Assembly: GCA_038230375.1 (NCBI GenBank) | Contig: JBBRNJ010000010.1 | Coordinates: 1 to 64,000, forward strand | Source: Polyangiales bacterium | GTDB lineage: Bacteria; Myxococcota_A; Polyangia; Polyangiales; Polyangiaceae | DNA length: 64,000 nucleotides | Reading direction: 5' to 3' | Part shown: piece after piece, positions 49,558 to 60,030 of the stretch | Layout: every line of letters starts with the position of its first letter | Position numbering within the stretch: position 1 is the stretch's first letter | Translations under genes and position numbers: made by a program | The notes under the pieces: generated by a model | Told to the model about the DNA's origin: nothing | The model's input: the letters and a program-made list of their open reading frames with translations, nothing else | Database searches by the model: none

Positions 49558-51348
49558 GTGCACGTACCCTCGCAGTCGTCGCTCGATGCCCTCTTCGCGC
49601 GCGTCACGAGCGCGCGTGTGTCTCCTATCCTCGCGCCTTCCGTCCTCGTCCAGGTCCGGGGCGACGAGGCCCGCGCGCTCCGCGACCTCGTGCGGATCAG
49701 CGACTTCGACGGCCGCGACTTCCACTGCATGTGCCGCGGCGATCTCGCGCTCGAGCTCTTCGACGACGACAGCGACGATGCCCCGCCGTTCGCGACGCTC
49801 GGCCTCCACCACGGAATTTCGCTCCGCTTCGACGCCTGGGGCTCGGATGCCCTCCTTCTTGACGGGCGTGCGATGCTCGCGTGGCTCGCCGCGCGGGGCG
49901 CACCGGCTTGGCTCCGCGCGTTCGAGGACGATCGCGCGCGCGCCCGCGTGGCAGAGAGCGCGCGGGTGGCGTGGATTGACGCCGCTCCGGCGTGCCTCCT
50001 CCCTCTCGAACACCACGAATCCCCCGATGGGATGCGCCTCGACGCAAGATCGACCCGCCTGGTCGAGGCCGAGGCACGCGTGCGTGCTGCCTACGCGTCG
50101 CCTGACGCCGCCGCGGCCGCGCTTCTCGCGTGGTACGGCTCGTCCGCCGGTCCCTACTCGGGCTTCCCGTCGTACGAGGCGCTCCCCGAGCAGCTCCTCT
50201 TCTGCCTTGGACCTCGCTTCGCACGCGAGGCCGCCGCGAGCTCCCGCGACGATGCGGTCGTCCGCGGCGCGGCGCGCTTTTTCGCCTCGTGGGAGATGGT
50301 CTCGGCGAAGAAGTCCGAGCTCGCCGACATCGACGATGCGCTCTGGGCGCGAATGAAGCGCCTCGTTCCCGCCGTCTCGGACAACGCAGATCGTCTCGCG
50401 CGTGCGTCGGAGATCGGAGCGGAGGCGCGCGCGCGCCGCAAGAACCCGGCGCCGGTGAAGACGGCGAGCGGCGCGATGCTCGTCGGCGTTGGTGAAGCGC
50501 GCCTCCACGGCATCGCGAGCGACGGGAAGAGCCTCTACGTGGCCGATGGCAAGCGCCTCGTCGCGTTCGCGCCCGGCAGCACGATCCCGCGCGTCCTCCA
50601 CACCCTCGACGATCCGTTCTTCGAGCTCGCGTACTGCGCAAAGATGCTCCTCGTGACCGAGATCAACCGCGGCGTCGTCGCGAAGCTCGTCCTCGACGGT
50701 CCGTATGTTCCGATGGCCACCGGACGCACGCGCCCGATGTCGCTCGCGAGCGCCCCAGCCGTGCTCGCCTGGCTGGAGCCGCTCGAGCGCGTCGACGCGA
50801 CGACGAACGTCATCACCCAGGACATCGCGGTCGTGCGCTTCGATCAGGGCGCGTGCAGAATCGTCGCGCAGCGTCCGTCGGCGTTTTGCCTCGTCGCGGA
50901 TCGGCATGGCCTCTTCTGGCTCGAGCTCGCCAACGCGGACGTCCTCGTCGTTGGCGAGCGCGGCCCGATCGCGCGGTTCGCGCGCCCGCAGCCTGGGTCG
51001 TCGAGCCCCCCGCGCCTCGCTGCGAGCCCCGAGATGCTCCTCGTGGCCGATGACCGCGCGCTCCTCGTGCTGCCGAAGAGCGATGGCGCCCTCACGCCGC
51101 TCGCCACGCTCGGCCCGGTCGGCGGCACGATCGAGGCGCTCGTCGCCGATGACTTTGACGTCTTCGCGCTCACCGCCAGCGCCGATCGCACGAGCGGTCG
51201 CCTCGAGCACGTAAAGCTCGGCGGCGGTCCGTCGACGATCCTCGCCGACTACGAGCGTCCACCGTGGGACCGTGGCTCGATCGTGCTCGACGCCCGCGCG
51301 ATTTCCTGGACGACGCAGGATCGCGTCCTCTCGTTATCCCGGCGCTGA
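49558..51348 (+). CDS. Hypothetical protein with C-terminal beta-propeller-like region
   Basis: Long ORF in preferred codon frame; repeats such as GIASDGKSLYVAD, LVADRHGLFW, LVADDFDVF. Confidence 0.7.
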   Translation: MHVPSQSSLDALFARVTSARVSPILAPSVLVQVRGDEARALRDLVRISDFDGRDFHCMCRGDLALELFDDDSDDAPPFATLGLHHGISLRFDAWGSDALLLDGRAMLAWLAARGAPAWLRAFEDDRARARVAESARVAWIDAAPACLLPLEHHESPDGMRLDARSTRLVEAEARVRAAYASPDAAAAALLAWYGSSAGPYSGFPSYEALPEQLLFCLGPRFAREAAASSRDDAVVRGAARFFASWEMVSAKKSELADIDDALWARMKRLVPAVSDNADRLARASEIGAEARARRKNPAPVKTASGAMLVGVGEARLHGIASDGKSLYVADGKRLVAFAPGSTIPRVLHTLDDPFFELAYCAKMLLVTEINRGVVAKLVLDGPYVPMATGRTRPMSLASAPAVLAWLEPLERVDATTNVITQDIAVVRFDQGACRIVAQRPSAFCLVADRHGLFWLELANADVLVVGERGPIARFARPQPGSSSPPRLAASPEMLLVADDRALLVLPKSDGALTPLATLGPVGGTIEALVADDFDVFALTASADRTSGRLEHVKLGGGPSTILADYERPPWDRGSIVLDARAISWTTQDRVLSLSRR

Positions 51349-51418
51349 GCTCGTCACCGCGCAGGCCGGGCACCCTCTTCTCCGTCGGATCTCGCTCACG
51401 CGCCGCGCCGAGTGATCC

Positions 51419-52630
51419 TCACGGTTGCGCGCGCCGGCCCGTTTTCCTCGCACCAAATGCGATTGCAATCGCTGCGGCCAGGATCGCGGCAAGGAACCCG
51501 CTGTCCGTCGCCCCTCCGCCGTTCACGCGACAACCGGAGGACTCGCCGGTGGGTGCCGGATCGGAGCCGCCGTCGACATCGGCGCCACCGCCGCCAGCGC
51601 CGCCACCGCCGCTGCCTCCACCGCCTCCTCCGGTTCCGCCTCCTCCGGTTCCGCCTCCCGTCCCTCCGTCCGCCCCTCCGCCGCCGGCGGAGGCGTCCAT
51701 GCCGGTGCCCGCGTCGTACGTGACGACGCTGGTGCTCTGGGAAACGTCCGCGTACGTGGTGCCGATCCGATATTCGTCGAAGTCGGACGTGGTGCCCGCT
51801 GACTCCAGCTCGACCCAGCCAAAATGGAACGGATAGACCTGCCACGACGTCTGGGTGCCGCCGTTGTTGATCCAGGAGAGATCAAGCGCGTTCGCCCCCG
51901 GCGGATCGTTCGCGGCCGGAGTTGGATCTTGCCACATCGTGATCGTGGTGCCCGCCACCGCGAAGTCGATCTTGTGGACCATCCAGTGGGTGACGCCGTC
52001 ATTGTACGGCTTCGTGGATTGGTAGTCTTCGCCGTTGGTGATGTTGACAGGGCAGCCGATCGAGTGACCGCAGGTTCGTTCGTAGCCGTAGTTCGCGTTC
52101 ATGCCGCCACGACCAAAGAACATCACCTCGCCGTTCTTGTTGCCCGAGGTGAATCCGCCCGCGGCATCGAAGCTCTCGTAGAGGTGCGAGCCCGCGGAGC
52201 TCCCCGATCCGGTGTGCCCGCGCGACACGAACGCGAGCCAGACCGTGGTCCCGGGTTTTCCGATCACGGCTTGCGTGCCTCCGAACTGCGTTGGGACCGT
52301 CTCGACCACGCCCGCAGCCTCCGCAGCAGACCCGGGTCCGCACGCGATCGGACGCAGCGCGCGCGAGTCCGCGGCGGTGATCTGGAGCGAGCCGCCAGTG
52401 GCCAAGAGCCCGCCCGGAATGTTGGGGATCGCGCCGATCGCCTTGAAATTGGCGCCCGGATTCTGCCAAGGTCCGGCCCATCCACCGCCGCCCGACTGCC
52501 CGCCCAGCGATTGGTTCGCCGCATACGAGAACTGCTCCGACGCGATCAAGGTGGCATGTGCGTTGGAACCCAACGTCATGGCGAACGCAAACGCGGCGGC
52601 AGAGGCAACGGGGAGCGATTTCATGTCCAT
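51419..52630 (-). CDS. Secreted surface protein with MYXO-CTERM-like sorting tail
   Basis: Signal peptide (AHA), Gly-rich linker, SSGCRV + hydrophobic helix + basic tail. Confidence 0.75.
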   Translation of the reverse strand: MDMKSLPVASAAAFAFAMTLGSNAHATLIASEQFSYAANQSLGGQSGGGGWAGPWQNPGANFKAIGAIPNIPGGLLATGGSLQITAADSRALRPIACGPGSAAEAAGVVETVPTQFGGTQAVIGKPGTTVWLAFVSRGHTGSGSSAGSHLYESFDAAGGFTSGNKNGEVMFFGRGGMNANYGYERTCGHSIGCPVNITNGEDYQSTKPYNDGVTHWMVHKIDFAVAGTTITMWQDPTPAANDPPGANALDLSWINNGGTQTSWQVYPFHFGWVELESAGTTSDFDEYRIGTTYADVSQSTSVVTYDAGTGMDASAGGGGADGGTGGGTGGGGTGGGGGGSGGGGAGGGGADVDGGSDPAPTGESSGCRVNGGGATDSGFLAAILAAAIAIAFGARKTGRRAQP

Positions 52631-52680
52631 CGGTGGGTACAGCGCGCGTTCGCGATCACGAAATCGGATAGCATCGCCGC

Positions 52681-53667
52681 GTGAGCTCGAACGCCCTCCG
52701 TGCTCTGGTGGTCGCCGCCATGTGTGCCGTCGCGATCAGCGCCGCCGGTCGCGCACGTGCGGACGCGCCGTGGCTCGGCGTCACGCGCGGGCCCGGTGCC
52801 ACCGACTGTCCCGATGCGACCGCGCTCGCTGCGGCCGTCGCGCGCGAGCCTCACGGTGGAGATGGCGCGGCGCTTGCCATGTCCCACTACAACGTGGCGA
52901 TCACCCGCGACGCCGCGCGCCTCGCCGCCACCATTCGCGTGAGCGGGGCCAACGCCGGCGAACGCACGATTGTCGATCGCGGCGACACCTGTCAGGGCCT
53001 TGCGCGCGCGCTCGCCGTAACGCTAGCAATCCTGCTCGATGAAGAACGACGCGCGCGCGAAGAGAGCGTCGAGGCGCCGGTGAATCCGCCGCCGCCCCAG
53101 GCGCCACCGCAACGAGACACCGCGCCGCCTGTGCGCGTGCCAAGGTCGAGCGAGCGGGCAGTGACGATCGGCGCGCGGGCGGGAGGAGGCGCTCTCCTTG
53201 GTGTGTTGCCGCAGCCGGGTGCGATGGGCGTGGTCGAGGCCACATTCGGCGTGGGTCGTTGGTCGCTCCAAGCAGGCGCGATCGGCGCGCCCGCGGTCGC
53301 CGCGCGCGTCGGGATCGGCGAAGTGGATGTCTCGGCGATCGCCGGGCGTGTCTCGGGTTGCGGCGGAATTTCCAGCGATCCACGCGCACTCACCGCGGGC
53401 ATCTGTGCGGTCGTCGCGGTGGGCGCAGTAGAAGGCGCTGCGCATGGCTACGACACGAACGACACTCGAACCCGCGCGTGGGTCGCGGCCGGCAGCGCGC
53501 TCTTCGGCGCAGGCCCGATCGCGAGCCCGCTCACATGGTGGGGCAAGGCGGGATTCCTGGTGCCGATCGTGCCGCAAGGCTTTGATGTTCGTGGGGTCGG
53601 GCCCGTCTTCGTGCCGCCCGCGGCCGGCGGCTCACTCGAAATGGGCATCGGAGTGACGTTTCGGTGA
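52681..53667 (+). CDS. Hypothetical exported protein with probable C-terminal beta-barrel
   Basis: Signal peptide, CPD motif, Pro linker, amphipathic strands. Confidence 0.7.
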   Translation: MSSNALRALVVAAMCAVAISAAGRARADAPWLGVTRGPGATDCPDATALAAAVAREPHGGDGAALAMSHYNVAITRDAARLAATIRVSGANAGERTIVDRGDTCQGLARALAVTLAILLDEERRAREESVEAPVNPPPPQAPPQRDTAPPVRVPRSSERAVTIGARAGGGALLGVLPQPGAMGVVEATFGVGRWSLQAGAIGAPAVAARVGIGEVDVSAIAGRVSGCGGISSDPRALTAGICAVVAVGAVEGAAHGYDTNDTRTRAWVAAGSALFGAGPIASPLTWWGKAGFLVPIVPQGFDVRGVGPVFVPPAAGGSLEMGIGVTFR

Positions 53668-53671
53668 TCGC

Positions 53672-54241
53672 GTGACCAGTGAGGCGCCACAAGCCGTCGA
53701 CCCGATGACCTTCGACGAGGCCTACCGTACGCATTTCGACTACGTCTGGCGAACGTTGCGTCGTCTGGGCGTGCGCGAAGCCGACGCGTCCGATGCCGCG
53801 CAAGACGTGTTCATCGTCGTCCACCGGAAGCTCGAGACGTTCGAGGGCAACGCGCTCCTCACCACCTGGCTGTTCCGCATTTGCATGTATGTTGCAAGTG
53901 AGCGGCGCCGGTCTGCGAGCGCACGGCACGAGGTTGCGGACGAGGCGCTAGACCCGCCCTCCACCGCGCCCAACGCCGAAGAGGACGCGCAGCGAAAGCA
54001 GGAGCTGGCCCTTGCCGAAGGGATGATGGATTCGCTGACCGATGAGCAACGCGCAGTGTTCGTGCTCTTCGAGATTGAAGAGATGAACGGCGATGAAATC
54101 GCGGAGGCCCTGGAAATCCCGGTGGGCACCGTGCGCTCGCGCCTCCGCATGGCGCGCGAGGCATTTCAAGCGGCGATGACACGCGCGAAGGCTCGATCGG
54201 AGTTCGCCGGCGCGGCGCGCTCGGCCGTGAAGGAGCGATGA
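53672..54241 (+). CDS. ECF RNA polymerase sigma factor
   Basis: DAAQDVF, TWLFRI, EIAEALEIPVGTVRSRL. Confidence 0.93.
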   Translation: MTSEAPQAVDPMTFDEAYRTHFDYVWRTLRRLGVREADASDAAQDVFIVVHRKLETFEGNALLTTWLFRICMYVASERRRSASARHEVADEALDPPSTAPNAEEDAQRKQELALAEGMMDSLTDEQRAVFVLFEIEEMNGDEIAEALEIPVGTVRSRLRMAREAFQAAMTRAKARSEFAGAARSAVKER

Positions 54242-54993
54242 CGATGCAAGACCCGACCAGACTGAAAGACGAAGGGACGCTGGAGCGACAGCTGCTCTCG
54301 CGGCTGGAGGAAGCGGCGCCCCCGCCGGGCGAACGCGAACGAGTCGGTGTGATACTGGATGCGCGGCTTCACGCGCTCGGCGCGAAGCGTCCGTGGTTCT
54401 CTCGCACCGCCGGGGTCGTCGGGCTTGCGTGTGTGGGCGCCCTCTTCCTCGGCTCCGGCTTCTGGCTCTCGTCCTCTGGTGCCGGGGCCGTTCGAACCAC
54501 GTCCGCGATCACGCCGGTGACACCCATGGTGGAGCCTGCATCCGCGCCCGTGCCCGCGGCGTCTGCCGCGCCCGTTGCGACCGTGGCGGTCGATCCCGAG
54601 CCCGCAACGATCGCGACGGATCCACGACAGAGCGCGCGTCCGAACGCGCCGCCGAGCGCGCGGACCACAAGCTCTGTCGCCGCGTCGGCAGCGCCGCCTA
54701 CACCAAGCGTCGCCGCAGAGGAAGTGGGCAGCGATCTGCGAGACGAGAGCGCGCTGCTTGCGAGAGCGCGCGGCGAGCTTCGCGCAGGTGCACCGGCGAC
54801 CGCGCTGGACACACTCGCTGACGCCAACAAGAAATTTCCGAACGGCGCGCTGTCGCAGGAACGCGAGGCGCTCACGATCGAGGCGTTGTCCCGCTCGGGA
54901 CACACCATCGATGCTCGTGAGCGCTTCGACGCCTTCGCGCGCGCCAACCCCGAGAGCCCACACACCGCACGCCTTCGGAGGCTCTTTCCGTGA
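54238..54993 (+). CDS. Putative anti-sigma factor (TM, Pro/Ala linker, TPR-like end)
   Basis: Coupled to ECF gene; single TM; FPNGALSQERE..IEAL. Confidence 0.75.
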   Translation: MTMQDPTRLKDEGTLERQLLSRLEEAAPPPGERERVGVILDARLHALGAKRPWFSRTAGVVGLACVGALFLGSGFWLSSSGAGAVRTTSAITPVTPMVEPASAPVPAASAAPVATVAVDPEPATIATDPRQSARPNAPPSARTTSSVAASAAPPTPSVAAEEVGSDLRDESALLARARGELRAGAPATALDTLADANKKFPNGALSQEREALTIEALSRSGHTIDARERFDAFARANPESPHTARLRRLFP

Positions 54994-55721
54994 GCACCCG
55001 AAGGTGCGCCGCGCTCTTGTCGCTGCTCGGACTCGGCGCACTCGTCGCCGCCTGCGCCGCAGAGTCGACCACGGTGGGCAGCGTAGATTCGCAGGCGACC
55101 AATGGCGACGGTGGAGACGCGGGCGTGGTGGGCGCGGATGGTGAGGTCTCCAGCGACGGGAGCGGTCCATTCGTGGAAGGCGGCGGCTTCGATGCGGCTT
55201 GCGTGACGCCTCCGTATCCAGGCGGCCCGTACGGCGTGTTGATGGGATCAGTGCTCTCACCGAAGCCAAGCTGGACTGGCTACGTAGACGGCGCGACCAC
55301 GGCGACCACCATCGTCGCGAGCGACTACTTCGACGGCGCGCAGTGCCGTGGCATCAGCGCGCTGTTCATCGTCGAGATCGATGCGAGCGATCCGACAGCC
55401 GAGGACGTGACCACGCTGATCGCGCAGAACCTGGCAGGGCCGTGGGCGGGCGGTCACGTGCGCGTCCTGCAGCTGGTCACCCGCGGAAGCACCGGCGCCG
55501 CAGCCACCCTCGCGGATGCGGATTCATGGCGCGCTGCGCATGCCGCCACGTGGTCTGTCGCGGTCGACGCGGCGGAGACCTACCAGTCCCCGGCCGACGG
55601 ATTCTATCCGCAGATTCGGCTCGTCGTGGACACATGCTCGATGGTGGTCACGCGCTGGGTGCATCGCGATGACGTGACCTCCGACGTGACAGCATTTGCG
55701 AAGCGCACGTCCTGTCCGTGA
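54990..55721 (+). CDS. Lipoprotein with probable thioredoxin-like fold lacking CxxC
   Basis: VAAC lipobox; YP.GPYG start; TlpA-like pattern. Confidence 0.55.
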   Translation: MSTRRCAALLSLLGLGALVAACAAESTTVGSVDSQATNGDGGDAGVVGADGEVSSDGSGPFVEGGGFDAACVTPPYPGGPYGVLMGSVLSPKPSWTGYVDGATTATTIVASDYFDGAQCRGISALFIVEIDASDPTAEDVTTLIAQNLAGPWAGGHVRVLQLVTRGSTGAAATLADADSWRAAHAATWSVAVDAAETYQSPADGFYPQIRLVVDTCSMVVTRWVHRDDVTSDVTAFAKRTSCP

Positions 55722-55776
55722 GCCCCGTTCATTTTTCGTGATCGCAGACGCCACGTGCGACCACTGACGGCCACCG

Positions 55777-57339
55777 ATGAATCGTCGCGTCGCTTTTTCG
55801 CTGGTCCTCTCACAGCTGTGCCTTTTTTCCGCCTGCGGCAGCGCCGACGGCACCAACTCGAGCGGTGACGCGAACGACGCGTCCACGTGCGCGCCCTCGG
55901 CGAACGGAGGCGTCTGCGTGGCGGACGAGGGCGGGTCCACCACGGACGGCGCCAGCGGAGGCCCTGACGCGAAGTCGACCGCGCCCGATGGCGGCGGCGA
56001 CGCCGGCCGTGACGGAGGCGGCGGCAACAAGGGCGACGGAGGCGGTGATGCAAGCGACGCCTCCGGACCGTTCTCCACGTCGTTCCAGTTCGCAGTCGGC
56101 GAGGAACACGCGTGCGCGCTCTTTCCCGATGGCCGCGCCAAATGCTGGGGCCAGCTCTACGTGGGCGCATTCACGCACTTCGCAGGCAATGCCCCGAACA
56201 CGATGGGAGCCAGCCTCGCGTACCTGGATTTTGGCGGCGCGAACGTCGCGCGGATCGCCGCCGGGAGCCAGAAGTCGTGCGGGATCCTGGAGAGCGGCCA
56301 GGTCCGCTGCTTTGGCAACTCGGTCTACGGCGAGCTCGGGAGCGCGGGCGGCGTTTATCTGAACGGGGCGAGCCAGAACCTTCCGCTCCCCGCAGGTCGC
56401 ACCGTGAGGGAAGTCGCGCTCGGCTGGACCCATACCTGCTTGTTGTTCGACGACGGCACGGTCCGATGCATCGGCGCGAACGACGCTGGGCAACTCGGAC
56501 AAGGCGACACCACGCCGCGCACCAGCCTCGTGGCCATTCCCGCGGTGGCCCTTGGCGCAGGACGGAGCGCAAAACACATCACCGCGAACGGCACGTTCAC
56601 ATGCGCGACCTTGGATGACGATCGCCTGAAGTGCTGGGGCGCGAACTCCAACCTGCAAGGCGGCAGCGGTGGGATCGGCGGTAATCTGTGCACGGGCGAC
56701 CACATCGCGCGCGGCGACCAACCCGGCACGATGGGCGACGCGCTCCCCTACGCGGCGCTCGGAAACGACGGTATGGGCCAGCCGTGGCACGTGAAGAAGG
56801 TCACCACCGGCCCCAACTACGCATGCGCGATCCTCGCGAACGATCGCCTGAAGTGTTGGGGCCGAAATGACGGCGGCTACCTGGGCTCGGGCAACACCAC
56901 GACGTACGGCGAGACGCCTGCCCTGATCGGCGACGCGATCCCGTTCATCGTTGTGGGCACCACCGCGGGCTCGCCCACGCCGGTCGTGGACGTGGCCGCT
57001 GCGGCCTTCGCCACATGCGCGGTCCTTCAAGGCGGAGCCGTGAAATGCTGGGGCGGTCACGCGCTGGGCGTGCTCGGCGACGAACAGAGCACCAACGTCA
57101 TTGTCGGCGATGACCCCGCCGAGATGGGCGACTCGCTGGCGCTGGTGCCGCTCGGCGCCGGACGCGTCGCGACCGCGATCGGGTCCAATGCAAACACCAT
57201 GTGCGCGCTGTTCACCGGTGGCGCGATCAAGTGTTGGGGCGCCAACGGCTATGGCCAGCTCGGCCAAGGAGACAACGTGGTGCGCGGCAACATGCAAAAC
57301 CAGATGGGCGACAACCTATTGCCAGTCGTTCTCCAGTAG
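55777..57339 (+). CDS. RCC1-repeat lipoprotein
   Basis: FSAC lipobox; repeated HTC/KCWG.N..GQLG. Confidence 0.9.
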   Translation: MNRRVAFSLVLSQLCLFSACGSADGTNSSGDANDASTCAPSANGGVCVADEGGSTTDGASGGPDAKSTAPDGGGDAGRDGGGGNKGDGGGDASDASGPFSTSFQFAVGEEHACALFPDGRAKCWGQLYVGAFTHFAGNAPNTMGASLAYLDFGGANVARIAAGSQKSCGILESGQVRCFGNSVYGELGSAGGVYLNGASQNLPLPAGRTVREVALGWTHTCLLFDDGTVRCIGANDAGQLGQGDTTPRTSLVAIPAVALGAGRSAKHITANGTFTCATLDDDRLKCWGANSNLQGGSGGIGGNLCTGDHIARGDQPGTMGDALPYAALGNDGMGQPWHVKKVTTGPNYACAILANDRLKCWGRNDGGYLGSGNTTTYGETPALIGDAIPFIVVGTTAGSPTPVVDVAAAAFATCAVLQGGAVKCWGGHALGVLGDEQSTNVIVGDDPAEMGDSLALVPLGAGRVATAIGSNANTMCALFTGGAIKCWGANGYGQLGQGDNVVRGNMQNQMGDNLLPVVLQ

Positions 57340-57637
57340 CGCGCGGCATGCTTCGGTGGAGGACTGCGCATGCGCCGCCTTCACGCGCTCACGCTCGCTC
57401 GCTGTCGGGGCCTTCACTCGTGCGACGGCAACCACTGGACTTGTACCGGAGACAACGATCCAATCTCGCTGGTGGGCAAAGCCTGACCGTCGCCACCGAG
57501 CCCGCCGCAGATGCACGCGTTGTACGTCACATCACTGCTCAGGATCTGCCTTCGCTGACCTGCACGACGTCGGCCGGTAGAATGCTGCCAACGTACGGCT
57601 GGGCTCGACGTGGGAAGGTTGGTACGCTCCGGATGCC

Positions 57638-59071
57638 GTGACCGTCGATAACGAGCTCACCCAGGCCGAGACGCGCATCGGCAACGTACTCCGCGATAAG
57701 TATCGACTGGAGCGCGTGCTGGGCATCGGCGGGATGGCGGCCGTCTACGCGGCAACGCATCGCAACCAGAAGAAGTTCGCGGTCAAGATTCTCCACACGG
57801 AGCTGTCACGCAACGCGGACGTTCGGGCGCGATTCGTTCGCGAGGGCTATGCGGCGAACTCGGTTGACCACCCTGGCGCCGTCGCGGTCCTGGATGACGA
57901 CACCGCAGAGGACGGATCGGCGTTCCTGGTGATGGAGCTGCTCGCCGGCGCTCCGCTCGAGTCGATCTGGGAGAAGGGCGGCCAGCGAATGGCACCCGCG
58001 TCCGTGCTTGCGATCACGTCGCAGCTCCTCGACATCCTGGCGGCCGCGCACGCGAAGTCGATCGTGCACCGCGACATCAAGCCGGCGAACATCTTCATCA
58101 CGACAGAGGGCAACGTGAAGTTGCTCGACTTCGGCATCGCGCGCGTACGCGACGCAGCCACGACCAGCATGACCCAGACGGGCGCCCTTCTCGGAACGCC
58201 CGCGTACATGCCGCCCGAGCAGGCGCTCGGCAACGTCCACGAGCTGGATGGTCAGACGGATGTGTGGGCCGTGGGCGCAATGATGTTCACCCTTGCGACT
58301 GGCCACTACGTGCACGAGGGCGACACCCCACAGAAGCTCATGATCAGGGCCGCCACAACACCGCCGCGCAGCATCACGAGCGTCGCCCCGGGCTCATTTC
58401 CGCCGTTCGCAGCCGTGGTCGATCGCGCGCTCATGTTTCAGAAGGCCGATCGTTTTCTCTCGGCCTCGGACATGAAGCGCGCCGTCGACGACGCGCATCG
58501 CGCCATCACCGCGGTACTGCCGTCGCGCGAGGCGGTGGCGGCCGCCTGCTTCGGCGGTCCGGCGCCCGTGAATGCCCCGGCGATGAGTCCCACCATGGTG
58601 GCGGAGTCCCCGCCCACCCTCATCATGGCGCCGCTCGCACAACAAGCGCCACCGACCATGCCGGCCGTCTCGTCGACGCACGTGCCGGGCGCGCCGAAGG
58701 GGAGCGCGTGGCTCTATGTTTCGGTCGCTGCCGTCGTTCTTCTCATCGGGATCGGAGCCGGCGGTGGGCTCCTTGCCCGCAGCGGGAAACTCCACGGAGA
58801 TGACGCCGCGAACGCCGCGAACGGATCCGATGCAGTGCTGGTCACGCCGACGTCACCGCCCGTGCCGCAAGCTCCTTCCTCGGCGGACACGAAGACCGCT
58901 GGTGCCGCCCCGAGCGCAGGCGCAACCGCGAGCGCAAGAGGCCCCGGCCAAAAGGCACCGCCCAGGCCTGCTGACCTGGCGAAAGGCGCCCAAGCAAAGA
59001 AGGCCTGCGCCCCGAACTACACCCTCGACATCAATGGCGAGAAGCACTTCAAGCCCGAGTGCTTCGAATGA
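57638..59071 (+). CDS. Membrane Ser/Thr protein kinase
   Basis: LGIGGMAAV, HRDIKPAN, DFG, GTPAYMPPE, TM, C-terminal C.PNY..D..G.KHFKPEC. Confidence 0.93.
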   Translation: MTVDNELTQAETRIGNVLRDKYRLERVLGIGGMAAVYAATHRNQKKFAVKILHTELSRNADVRARFVREGYAANSVDHPGAVAVLDDDTAEDGSAFLVMELLAGAPLESIWEKGGQRMAPASVLAITSQLLDILAAAHAKSIVHRDIKPANIFITTEGNVKLLDFGIARVRDAATTSMTQTGALLGTPAYMPPEQALGNVHELDGQTDVWAVGAMMFTLATGHYVHEGDTPQKLMIRAATTPPRSITSVAPGSFPPFAAVVDRALMFQKADRFLSASDMKRAVDDAHRAITAVLPSREAVAAACFGGPAPVNAPAMSPTMVAESPPTLIMAPLAQQAPPTMPAVSSTHVPGAPKGSAWLYVSVAAVVLLIGIGAGGGLLARSGKLHGDDAANAANGSDAVLVTPTSPPVPQAPSSADTKTAGAAPSAGATASARGPGQKAPPRPADLAKGAQAKKACAPNYTLDINGEKHFKPECFE

Positions 59072-60030
59072 ACCGAGCACGCAGCTTGAATCGGGCGCGG
59101 ATGCGGACGTTCGCGTTCAGTGCCCTCGCCGCGCTGCCTGCAGTTCTTGGCGCTGCCCATACACCTTCTGCGCATGCGGCGTCCTCCGCGGTGGCGCAGT
59201 GTCTGAGCGCAAACGAAGACAGCCTGAAGGCGCGCGGCGCACACAAGTTGAAGGAGGCCCGCGCGCAGGCGCTCATCTGCGCAGCGGGTACGTGCCCCAC
59301 CGACGTGCGGAACGAGTGCGCGAAGCGCGTCAGCGACATCAACGCTGCCATCCCGTCGATCATCTTCGACGTGAAGAACGAAGCGGGTGAGGACGTGCCC
59401 GGCGTCAAGGTGCGGATGGACGGTGACGCCGCTGGGAGCGCCGTCGATGGCAGCGCGGTCGAGATCGACCCCGGCGAGCACGCGTTCACGTTCTCGGTCG
59501 CGAGCTCCGCGTCGTCGGTCGACCTTTCTGCGCAGAAGACGTTCGTGCTGCGCGAGGGCGAAAAGGCGCGGCATGAACCCGTCATCATGAAGAGCACCAC
59601 TGCTGCGGGCACTCAACCAACCAGCAGCGCCACTGGCGCCACCACGGGGACGCCGCCGGAAAAGCCGCGATCGGGCGGCATGAAGATCGCCGGCATCGTG
59701 CTCGGTGGTGTTGGGCTGGTCGGCGTGGGTCTTGGAACGTATTTCGGGCTCAGCGCATCCTCGGCGTGGAGTTCACAGCAGAGCAACTGCGGCAGCCCCA
59801 CGAAATGTCCGAACCGCGCTCAGGCCATCGCTGATCACGACAACGTCACCAGCAACGGCCTCGCGTCCACGATCTCGTTCGCGGCGGGCGGCGCGCTGCT
59901 TGGCGCAGGCCTCTTGCTGTTCGTGCTGTCTCCGTCCTCCGGTTCCAAGGTAGAGGAGGCGGGCACCTTGCACGTCGTTCCTGCGTTTGGTCCCAAGGGT
60001 GGTGACCTCAGCGCAGCGTGGACCTTCTGA
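59068..60030 (+). CDS. Exported protein (helical + PEGA-like + hydrophobic C-terminus), kinase-associated
   Basis: ATGA coupling; signal peptide; VEIDPGEH. Confidence 0.75.
   Translation: MNRARSLNRARMRTFAFSALAALPAVLGAAHTPSAHAASSAVAQCLSANEDSLKARGAHKLKEARAQALICAAGTCPTDVRNECAKRVSDINAAIPSIIFDVKNEAGEDVPGVKVRMDGDAAGSAVDGSAVEIDPGEHAFTFSVASSASSVDLSAQKTFVLREGEKARHEPVIMKSTTAAGTQPTSSATGATTGTPPEKPRSGGMKIAGIVLGGVGLVGVGLGTYFGLSASSAWSSQQSNCGSPTKCPNRAQAIADHDNVTSNGLASTISFAAGGALLGAGLLLFVLSPSSGSKVEEAGTLHVVPAFGPKGGDLSAAWTF

Noticed and set aside
49063..51210. 715-aa minus-strand ORF
   Set aside because: Shadow of 49558..51348
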